A model generated the notes under the pieces. That model saw only the letters and a program-made list of their open reading frames with translations. It had not been told where the DNA came from and ran no database searches. DNA of 30,111 nt. It comes from a virus (lineage: Duplodnaviria > Caudoviricetes). The translations under genes were made by a program, and so were the position numbers. Within the stretch, counting starts at the first letter, position 1. Each line of letters starts with the position of its first letter. The stretch is taken from the IMG/VR virus record IMGVR_UViG_3300020258_000027, positions 1 through 30,111 of that record, one strand, 5' to 3'. Shown here piece after piece: positions 1-6,012 of this stretch.

Positions 1-545
1 TTGAAGGTGCCGGAGATGCCCAGGGGCATGCCGTCAGAGAAGGAACCCTGACCGAAGGGGTACACCAGGAACACAGCAGATGCTGCTGCGACTGGAGCAG
101 AGTATGCAACACAGATCCAAGGACGCATGCCGAGGCGGTAGGAGAGTTCCCACTCACGACCCATGTAGCAGAAGATGCCGATCAGGAAGTGAAAAACTAC
201 AAGTTGGTAAGGACCACCGTTATACAGCCACTCGTCGAGCGATGCGGCTTCCCAAATGGGATAGAAGTGAAGACCAATTGCGTTGGAAGATGGTACAACA
301 GCACCAGAGATGATGTTGTTACCGTACATGAGTGAACCAGCGACAGGTTCACGGATGCCGTCGATGTCCACAGGAGGAGCAGCGACGAAGGCGGTGATGA
401 AACAGACGGTTGCTGCCAACAGAGTTGGGATCATCAACACACCGAACCAACCGACATAGAGGCGGTTATTGGTAGAAGTTACCCACTCGCAGAAAGATTC
501 CCAAGTGGATTGCGTCCTCTGACGCGAAATAGTTGAAGTAGACAT
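1..545 (-). CDS. psbA: Photosystem II D1 protein, 5' part; 3' end lies beyond the window
   Basis: Manual translation from ATG at 545: [43 protein letters not shown]...[20 protein letters not shown]...[21 protein letters not shown]. Unmistakable D1. Absent from the ORF track because it has no stop in the window. Confidence 0.99.
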   Translation of the reverse strand, partial: MSTSTISRQRTQSTWESFCEWVTSTNNRLYVGWFGVLMIPTLLAATVCFITAFVAAPPVDIDGIREPVAGSLMYGNNIISGAVVPSSNAIGLHFYPIWEAASLDEWLYNGGPYQLVVFHFLIGIFCYMGREWELSYRLGMRPWICVAYSAPVAAASAVFLVYPFGQGSFSDGMPLGISGTF

Positions 546-567
546 TGTGATTTTAAAGGGTAAATAT

Positions 568-669
568 ATCGCTAGGGAGGCGACAGATAAAGTATTCCCA
601 CACCACCCTCCAGTGTGGGTATGAAGGACTGTTGTTTAGTCACGCTGTTTAGTCCTGGTGAGGCGTGAA
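568..669 (-). ncRNA. Structured psbA 5' leader, probably a PhotoRC-II-type cis-regulatory RNA
   Basis: Visible inverted repeats: tcgc..gcga, cccacac..gtgtggg, gact..agtc, tcacgc..gcgtga, plus cross-pairings ggact/agtcc and ggagg/cctcc. Location upstream of a cyanophage psbA matches the PhotoRC motif. The family name is from recall. Confidence 0.65.
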
Positions 670-705
670 GTAATAGGTTAAAAAATTACATTTCTTAACC
701 CGATG

Positions 706-739
706 TATTTAGAATAATACTGATTAGTAGATTTGTCAA
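706..739 (-). promoter_or_regulatory. psbA dual promoter: sigma70-like plus T4-like late box
   Basis: - strand TTGACA (739-734), 17 nt, TATTCT (716-711), overlapping CTAAATA (712-706). Confidence 0.75.
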
Positions 740-776
740 CCCAGGTGTAACAGTTTAGCAACTGGTCTACCAAACG

Positions 777-956
777 TCAGGTGGGAGGCAAACCGATAGC
801 AGAAACAGTTTCCTGCTGCTTCATATACAATTTAACCCAGGCACGACAAATTTCTCTTAACTCTTCTATATCATTACACCCGTCAAGTTGTCTCGAAATA
901 GTTTCGTAAGTAAATTGTCTAGAAGTTGTGGTTAAATTAATGTCTTCAGGTTTCAT
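777..956 (-). CDS. Putative NblA-like phycobilisome degradation adaptor (59 aa)
   Basis: MKPEDINLTTTSRQFTYETISRQLDGCNDIEELREICRAWVKLYMKQQETVSAIGLPPT*. GAGGA SD-like sequence upstream. Size, the N-terminal L..S.QF motif and two amphipathic helices resemble NblA. Confidence 0.55.
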   Translation of the reverse strand: MKPEDINLTTTSRQFTYETISRQLDGCNDIEELREICRAWVKLYMKQQETVSAIGLPPT

Positions 957-1038
957 TAGTTATTTCCTCATTGTACCAAAAATCTTCCCAGTCTTTGGGG
1001 GAGTTAGTGACATCTGTAGTATTAGTTGGAGTACTCAT
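946..1038 (-). CDS. Small hypothetical protein (30 aa)
   Basis: MSTPTNTTDVTNSPKDWEDFWYNEEITNET*. Overlaps both neighbours and fills the operon. Confidence 0.55.
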   Translation of the reverse strand: MSTPTNTTDVTNSPKDWEDFWYNEEITNET

Positions 1039-1186
1039 TAAGGAGTTCAAGAATTCTGTTATAGGCATGATGAGATCCTTCATGCCATTCACCAGATTTA
1101 TCATTAAAGGTTCCGTCATAAAGTTCTGTTTTATACTTGTAAACTTTCTGAAGTATGTCGATCTTTTTCATAATTGATCTAGGCAT
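1022..1186 (-). CDS. Small hypothetical cyanophage protein (54 aa)
   Basis: MPRSIMKKIDILQKVYKYKTELYDGTFNDKSGEWHEGSHHAYNRILELLNEYSN*. Same strand as the operon, phage-like codon use. Confidence 0.75.
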   Translation of the reverse strand: MPRSIMKKIDILQKVYKYKTELYDGTFNDKSGEWHEGSHHAYNRILELLNEYSN

Positions 1187-1243
1187 CAAGATAATTTAAC
1201 ATAGTTAATAACTAATTATAAGAAATAATTGATGCTCTGTCAA

Positions 1244-1438
1244 TTAAAGTTCGTGTCTCCTGACAGAACCTTTGATATTGTTTGCCTTTAAAAATGCCTT
1301 AGTGCCTCTTTGGGTGTCAAACATTTTTGCAAACCTAGGATCTAAACTCCACTTAGTAGCAGAAATTAAATACTCAGTTCTACCATTTCTTTTTCTTGTG
1401 ACTATCCACAAAATACTATTAGATTGATCAGATGACAT
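1244..1438 (-). CDS. Small basic hypothetical protein (64 aa)
   Basis: ORF track. Preceded by the late box ATAAATA (1470-1464). Confidence 0.7.
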   Translation of the reverse strand: MSSDQSNSILWIVTRKRNGRTEYLISATKWSLDPRFAKMFDTQRGTKAFLKANNIKGSVRRHEL

Positions 1439-1485
1439 GATTAATATAAAATACTATTCCTAGTATTTATCATGATTCGTTTCTG

Positions 1486-1522
1486 AAAAAATAGGGACCT
1501 TCTGGATTTTGCCAGAGGTCCC
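1486..1522 (-). terminator. Intrinsic terminator
   Basis: - strand GGGACCTCTGG-CAAAAT-CCAGAAGGTCCC followed by TATTTTTT. Confidence 0.75.
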
Positions 1523-1547
1523 ATGCGGCGACGATATTCAATTTTAT

Positions 1548-1694
1548 TTATACTGGATTGTAACTAGGAATCATCATTCCCCCATCAGGGGGTTCATCAT
1601 CTTCATCATTATCATTATCAGAAAGAGCAAGCATTATAAAAAAAGGTGTGATGATGAAGACTAAAGTTTGAAATAAAGTCCAATCATAATTCAT
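1548..1694 (-). CDS. Small membrane protein with acidic tail (48 aa)
   Basis: MNYDWTLFQTLVFIITPFFIMLALSDNDNDEDDEPPDGGMMIPSYNPV*. ATGA overlap with the upstream micro-ORF. Confidence 0.7.
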   Translation of the reverse strand: MNYDWTLFQTLVFIITPFFIMLALSDNDNDEDDEPPDGGMMIPSYNPV

Positions 1695-1756
1695 GAGTCT
1701 CTCACTGCTGAAGCGATAGGAACAAGCAACAGCAGTGCTGCTACTATAAATCCCAT
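1691..1756 (-). CDS. Hydrophobic micro-protein (21 aa)
   Basis: MGFIVAALLLLVPIASAVRDS*. TGATG-coupled to the hli stop and ATGA-coupled to the next ORF. Confidence 0.55.
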   Translation of the reverse strand: MGFIVAALLLLVPIASAVRDS

Positions 1757-1863
1757 CACCAAATTCCAGGAATAATTTGCCCGGTGGTCAAATATGCACC
1801 AACAGCGGCAATGAATCCAATCATTGCTGCACGACCATTCAGTACTTCTGCTTTGTCATTCAT
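1756..1863 (-). CDS. hli: High-light inducible protein (35 aa)
   Basis: MNDKAEVLNGRAAMIGFIAAVGAYLTTGQIIPGIW contains the AExxNGRxAMIGF chlorophyll-binding motif. Start moved from 1965 to 1863. Confidence 0.95.
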   Translation of the reverse strand: MNDKAEVLNGRAAMIGFIAAVGAYLTTGQIIPGIW

Positions 1864-2008
1864 TGTTTTTCTCCAAAGTTGTGTTTTTAATAATGACTCT
1901 GCCGTTTTCGTGAGTGAATTGTAGTTCATCATCGTGCCCCCAGCAGAGTTCTTCGTATAGGGCATTTAGTTTTTCCACGTCTTGCCACAAAGAATTAGGA
2001 TTTGACAT
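1856..2008 (-). CDS. Small hypothetical cyanophage protein (50 aa)
   Basis: MSNPNSLWQDVEKLNALYEELCWGHDDELQFTHENGRVIIKNTTLEKNNE*. AGGA SD upstream. Short overlaps with both neighbours. Confidence 0.75.
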   Translation of the reverse strand: MSNPNSLWQDVEKLNALYEELCWGHDDELQFTHENGRVIIKNTTLEKNNE

Positions 2009-2318
2009 GATGTCCTTTAAGTTCAGAGTTTGATTCTGATTTAGTTAGGTCTCTACGAGACTGGTTCTTAATGATGATAAAAGCATCTTTATTGTACTTA
2101 CGAGTACCATAAGGTGATTGCCACTTTTTATTGTACTCGTCACCAACATCAATACCAGAAATTTGAGTACCACCAATCTCTACATCAATCTCATCATTTA
2201 AATCCCATCCAAGTTTGTCAATTTGTTCTTGTACCATGTCCATAATACCACCCTCTTTCCAAGGAGAGTAATTAAGTTCTTCCATAACGTGTTCTTCAGG
2301 GTCAAGATTTCCGTGCAT
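1995..2318 (-). CDS. Hypothetical protein (107 aa)
   Basis: ORF track; lies between the two hli genes. Confidence 0.8.
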   Translation of the reverse strand: MHGNLDPEEHVMEELNYSPWKEGGIMDMVQEQIDKLGWDLNDEIDVEIGGTQISGIDVGDEYNKKWQSPYGTRKYNKDAFIIIKNQSRRDLTKSESNSELKGHHVKS

Positions 2319-2333
2319 AAAGTTTTAATTTAA

Positions 2334-2537
2334 TCAAAAGATACCAAAAAATAATTTACCAGTAATAGCATAAGAAAGGAATCCAGAAATAATTCCCATC
2401 ATTGCCCAACGTCCATTATATCTTTCAATATATTGTTGGGGAGAATCCAAACCTTGGCGATTGTAATTTTCTACAACCATCCTAGGTTCTTTAGCAAATA
2501 AATTTTGCTGACCCATTTCATTAGTTGTTACAGTCAT
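2334..2537 (-). CDS. hli: High-light inducible protein (67 aa)
   Basis: ERYNGRWAMMG motif, N-terminal GQQNLFAKEP, C-terminal TGKLFFGIF. Confidence 0.95.
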   Translation of the reverse strand: MTVTTNEMGQQNLFAKEPRMVVENYNRQGLDSPQQYIERYNGRWAMMGIISGFLSYAITGKLFFGIF

Positions 2538-2567
2538 TTTAGTTTTGTAAAGTTTTACAACGACATA

Positions 2568-2596
2568 AGTATATAGCCAATATTAAATTTTGTCAA
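2568..2596 (-). promoter_or_regulatory. Near-consensus sigma70-like promoter of the hli operon
   Basis: TTGACA (2596-2591), 17 nt, TATACT (2573-2568). Confidence 0.85.
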
Positions 2597-2648
2597 TCGT
2601 TTGAGGACGATTTTATGAGTGTCACAAAAAACCCAGGAAGGTGATTTA

Positions 2649-3140
2649 TTATGAAGTCTTTTCAATAAAGGGTTGACCAACACGCATCACTACCACAGAA
2701 TGAGCAGAATCTGTCTTATCATTATCAACATCCTGCATCACAGATATAAATGAAGTTGTGGTTTCCGTATATGCTAATCCAACTCTAAAAGTAGAAGAAG
2801 CTCCTCCTTGATGATTTACCAGTACAAAATAATCTGTATCTGGTTCTGCAGTTTCAAATGTCCAAGTATATTCATAATTGTCTGCAGTACCGGATCTTAT
2901 ATTTGAACTGGTAACAAAACCAAATGTCCTATCAGTGTTGATATCTCCTCCAGAAGATACCCATCCCATTGCAACAATTTCTGGAACCGTGTCACGAAGT
3001 ACAAATCCTGTTGGAAGAGATGAAGTATTACCAGACCATCTAATAACTCCTCCAATAGGAATAGTTGAAATTGCATTATCTAGATTAAGTGTAGTAATTT
3101 CACTGTCACCAATAGCTTCTCCTCGTAATTTACGTGTCAT
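2649..3140 (-). CDS. Putative tail-fibre/tail-collar-like late protein (163 aa)
   Basis: IPIGGVIRWSGNTSSLPTGFVL resembles the start of a tail-collar domain, followed by a beta-rich C-terminus. TATAAATA late box at 3170-3163 supports the ATG at 3140. Confidence 0.6.
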   Translation of the reverse strand: MTRKLRGEAIGDSEITTLNLDNAISTIPIGGVIRWSGNTSSLPTGFVLRDTVPEIVAMGWVSSGGDINTDRTFGFVTSSNIRSGTADNYEYTWTFETAEPDTDYFVLVNHQGGASSTFRVGLAYTETTTSFISVMQDVDNDKTDSAHSVVVMRVGQPFIEKTS

Positions 3141-3165
3141 TTTACATATATGCTTTTTTTTATAT

Positions 3166-3579
3166 TTATATCTTGTCAAATATAAAATGTCCATGATGAG
3201 AACCCCAAAGAACTTTTTTAGTTTTTGGATCTACTCCTAAATCAACTACTTTATATTGAGTTTCAGATAATTCTGCCTTGCTTATAAGAACTGCTCCGTT
3301 ATGAACACATCCAGGAACTACAGCACCTCTGTATATACCATTCTTTTTTTGAAAAATATAATTACATACATCATTTTCAACTATAATAAACCCATCTTGA
3401 GGATGAATTTTTACTAAAGTATCTCTATAAGGTTTTTTGCCAGGATACCATTGAACAATATTGAATACATTTTCACTCACTCTATTATGCTCTAACAACA
3501 CATGAGCAAATGAATGAGGATTTGAAGATGCTTGCTTCCAATTATTATATTTTCCTTCAAACCAATTTGAAAATTCCAT
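3166..3579 (-). CDS. cpeT: CpcT/CpeT-family phycobiliprotein lyase
   Basis: GxYNNxxQAxxNPxxFAH N-terminus, PYR, PGC and WGSxxGxFxF C-terminal motifs of T-type lyases. Confidence 0.88.
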   Translation of the reverse strand: MEFSNWFEGKYNNWKQASSNPHSFAHVLLEHNRVSENVFNIVQWYPGKKPYRDTLVKIHPQDGFIIVENDVCNYIFQKKNGIYRGAVVPGCVHNGAVLISKAELSETQYKVVDLGVDPKTKKVLWGSHHGHFIFDKI

Positions 3580-3589
3580 TTTTTAAATA

Positions 3590-3660
3590 AGCGAATTACG
3601 GGGATCGAACCCGTGACACCAACTTGGAAGGATGGGATGTTACCTCTACACCAAATTCGC
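3590..3660 (-). tRNA. tRNA-Gly(TCC)
   Basis: GCGAATT acceptor stem, anticodon loop CT-TCC-AA, GGTTCGATCC T-arm. No encoded CCA. Confidence 0.96.
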
Positions 3661-3663
3661 AGT

Positions 3664-3902
3664 AAAGGAAGGTGGTCAAACCTTCCAGGACACATGCACG
3701 CCACCTATTTGTTTTAGTTGTAAATAGGAACCAACTCACACGGAAGGGGATTTGGCACCACCACTTGCTTTTTGACTGGGAGCAAGAAACCAGACGGAAG
3801 TTTTACCCACCCGCACCACCTGCTTTTTAGAGAAGCAGGAAACTCCGGGATTGAAGGGGCAAACCTTCACCGACCAGTGCTGTTATAGTCCATCCGTGAC
3901 TT
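3664..3902 (-). ncRNA. Large structured RNA with three repeated pseudoknot modules, manA-motif-like
   Basis: Three modules of the form [pk strand]-short linker-[stem]-[pk complement + A-run]-[stem']-TGGYG with different sequence but retained pairing. Lies immediately 5' of tRNA-Gly. The manA name is from recall. Confidence 0.8.
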
Positions 3903-3907
3903 AAGAG

Positions 3908-4135
3908 TTAAGCGTAGACTCCAGATTCAATTAAATCCAATTCTACCTGATCGAGGATTATGTTGTAATCATCTTCAGGATCATCATACATTTGAATACC
4001 CTGATCTTCATAGAAACGAATAAGTTTCTGATAAAGTTTTGGATAATCTTCATCAAGGGCAACACTACCCTCAATTGCTGCAGTGAGTTTTTTTAGATCG
4101 GATTTGAATTTAGAATGAAATTTAGAACGAGACAT
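3908..4135 (-). CDS. Hypothetical protein (75 aa)
   Basis: MSRSKFHSKFKSDLKK...; start moved to 4135 because the longer ORF reads through tRNA-Pro. Confidence 0.8.
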   Translation of the reverse strand: MSRSKFHSKFKSDLKKLTAAIEGSVALDEDYPKLYQKLIRFYEDQGIQMYDDPEDDYNIILDQVELDLIESGVYA

Positions 4136-4179
4136 TGCCTTTGCAATTAAACTAGAATTTAAGGAGGGGATACCTCCAA

Positions 4180-4253
4180 TCGGGCATATAGGATTTGAAC
4201 CTATGACCTTTCCGCCCCAAACGGAACGCGCTACCAAACTGCGCTAATGCCCG
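4180..4253 (-). tRNA. tRNA-Pro(TGG)
   Basis: CGGGCAT/ATGCCCG acceptor stem, TTCCG-TT-TGG-GG-CGGAA anticodon arm, GGTTCAAATCC. Confidence 0.97.
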
Positions 4254-4288
4254 CAGGTGAAGCATCCTAGTATAGGATGCTGTTGCTG

Positions 4289-4471
4289 TCAAGAGCGAAA
4301 CTCTTGAGAACGGCGTTGGTCGAGATATTTAATAATCTCAGACCTCCACTCCATTAATTCATTATAGCACATCTGATTATGAGCGCATTGGCGAAGCACA
4401 TGGTCTGGTTTTAGAACACTTTCGTAGAAAAGACCTAGGGCATCTTTTCGTTTTTGTTGCTTTTCAATCAT
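4289..4471 (-). CDS. Hypothetical protein (60 aa)
   Basis: ORF track; ATGA overlap with the upstream gene. Confidence 0.8.
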   Translation of the reverse strand: MIEKQQKRKDALGLFYESVLKPDHVLRQCAHNQMCYNELMEWRSEIIKYLDQRRSQEFRS

Positions 4472-4716
4472 TTTACCTCAAAATCTAGTTTACGAACCTT
4501 CCGTTTGCGTCGGTTCTCTTGAAACTCTAAATCATGTTTACTAAGAATTCCACTATCCTTAATATTTTGTTCAGAATTTATTAAGAGAACTTTACTTAAA
4601 TCTTTAGCAGTGATAGTGTCCCCACAAACTACCATTTGATTGGGACAACCACAGCATTGTGGTTTAGAATTACTTCTTATTTCAACATTACATACCTTGC
4701 ATTTTGCTGTTAACAT
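4468..4716 (-). CDS. Small Cys-rich, putative Zn-ribbon protein (82 aa)
   Basis: CxxC...CGCPN motif; GAGG SD; ATAAATA at 4753-4747. Confidence 0.8.
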   Translation of the reverse strand: MLTAKCKVCNVEIRSNSKPQCCGCPNQMVVCGDTITAKDLSKVLLINSEQNIKDSGILSKHDLEFQENRRKRKVRKLDFEVK

Positions 4717-4752
4717 TTTTCATATGCCTCATCGCATCACTGAATTTATTTA

Positions 4753-4824
4753 TGGGTGAAGAGGGGATCGAACCCCCGACATTCTGCGTGTAAAGCAGAC
4801 GCTCTACCCCTGAGCTATTCACCC
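4753..4824 (-). tRNA. tRNA-Val(TAC)
   Basis: GGGTGAA/TTCACCC acceptor stem, TCTGC-TT-TAC-AC-GCAGA anticodon arm, GGTTCGATCC. Confidence 0.97.
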
Positions 4825-4826
4825 TA

Positions 4827-4898
4827 CAGGTCCACTAGGAATCGAACCTAGAATATCCGCTTAGAAGGCGGAAGTTATATCCGTTTAACTATGGACCC
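4827..4898 (-). tRNA. tRNA-Arg(TCT)
   Basis: GGGTCCA/TGGACCT acceptor stem, TCCGC-CT-TCT-AA-GCGGA anticodon arm, GGTTCGATTCC. Confidence 0.97.
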
Positions 4899-5014
4899 AC
4901 TCGGAGGCGGGGTATACAGATTCCCGACCCTCCTTTACGGAACTAACTACTACTGTAATGAGAAAGTGCCCTTTCTCTAGCGTCTGTGTTCCCTCCACAT
5001 ATGTGTACCCTCAT

Positions 5015-5043
5015 AGAATACCACAAAAATTTAATTATGTCAA
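5015..5043 (-). promoter_or_regulatory. sigma70-like promoter of the tRNA operon
   Basis: TTGACA (5043-5038), 17 nt, TATTCT (5020-5015) with extended -10 TG. Confidence 0.8.
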
Positions 5044-5046
5044 CAG

Positions 5047-5559
5047 TTAAGAAAAAACAAATCGGTTTGCATAATCATGTGCATACTGCTCTCGATATCC
5101 CTTAATTCCCCACCCTAACCAATAAAAAGATGGGACCATGTATTGAGAAATACTCTGTTCAGAACCCTCAAATTCAGGTAAAACCTTTTGGAACTGATTT
5201 TCATTAATCATATATCTAAATTGACATTCTAATGTGCTAGGATCACATCCATACTTTTTAGAAAATGTTCCTAGACCATTGTAACGTCCTATTGAGGTCC
5301 ACTGAATGAGACCATAACCACCACTATGGCAATTATTATAAGAAACTCTAGCGCCTCCCTCGCATATGTTGGGATGAAAATTGCTTTCAGATTTAATGTT
5401 TCCCAAAATCGTCGCAAGAGCATTTCTATTGTGAATTTTAGTTTTTACTTGAAGTTGCTTGAGAACATACTTCTCATTTGAATTACAATTAGGGCACTTC
5501 CATTGCTTAGTGTAAGGAACTACCTCAATTGGAGTTGGAGGTGGTGTGTCAATCATCAT
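5047..5559 (-). CDS. Lysozyme-like cell-wall hydrolase (phage tail lysozyme type)
   Basis: ILGNIKSESNF (candidate catalytic Glu) and GYGLIQWT motifs. Confidence 0.8.
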   Translation of the reverse strand: MMIDTPPPTPIEVVPYTKQWKCPNCNSNEKYVLKQLQVKTKIHNRNALATILGNIKSESNFHPNICEGGARVSYNNCHSGGYGLIQWTSIGRYNGLGTFSKKYGCDPSTLECQFRYMINENQFQKVLPEFEGSEQSISQYMVPSFYWLGWGIKGYREQYAHDYANRFVFS

Positions 5560-5984
5560 AAGTTAAAATAATCTTTTCGATAGTAACGTCCTAAGACATT
5601 GCTATTGTAGTACGCCGGAGATCCATCTGTCAAGCTTTCTGTCAGAACAGAATTTACGAACAACTGACGGGTCTCCTCATAGTTTACTTTACCCAAAGTT
5701 GTATGAATACTTAAAATTTCTCTGGTAAATTTATCTTTACCTAAAGATTTTATCTCTTCCTTTAACTCTGGGCATGATCCATAATATTTTTTCCAGTCAG
5801 ACTCTTGTTTACTACGTCTAGACTGTCCTTTCCTTTTACGAAAAGACCAAAAATATTTTCTACCTATATATTTCCTACCATTGATCGTATTAGTTATTAA
5901 ATATACAAATCCATAATACCCATTTATATCATCAGTATCAAATATTTTACCTTGATATTTCCATGGGTTTTCATATTCTTTCAT
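5556..5984 (-). CDS. GIY-YIG endonuclease, T4 endonuclease II (DenA)-like
   Basis: GFVYLITNTINGRKYIGRK, YYGS, conserved E and YYN. Position downstream of nrdB. Confidence 0.88.
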   Translation of the reverse strand: MKEYENPWKYQGKIFDTDDINGYYGFVYLITNTINGRKYIGRKYFWSFRKRKGQSRRSKQESDWKKYYGSCPELKEEIKSLGKDKFTREILSIHTTLGKVNYEETRQLFVNSVLTESLTDGSPAYYNSNVLGRYYRKDYFNL

Positions 5985-6012
5985 AAACTAAGAGAAAACC
6001 TCAAAGTATATA

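Noticed and set aside
80-313. + strand 77-aa ORF
   Set aside because: Antisense shadow of psbA.
971-1177. + strand 68-aa ORF
   Set aside because: Antisense to two better - strand micro-ORFs.
1864-1965. N-terminal extension of hli in the ORF track
   Set aside because: The region is better explained by the 50-aa ORF in another frame; 35-aa Hli proteins are normal.
2547-2558. NtcA site upstream of hli
   Set aside because: Spacing is GTA-N6-TAC, not GTA-N8-TAC.
3492-3704. 70-aa ORF
   Set aside because: Reads through tRNA-Gly and the structured RNA.
3699-3846. Mini CRISPR array
   Set aside because: The repeats conserve structure rather than sequence, spacers are short and structured, and there are no cas genes in the window.
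4136-4237. N-terminal extension of the 3908 ORF
   Set aside because: Overlaps tRNA-Pro.
5556-5984. Mobile homing endonuclease
   Set aside because: Single short GIY-YIG domain without a DNA-binding extension, positioned after nrdB; fits an endonuclease II-like core gene better.
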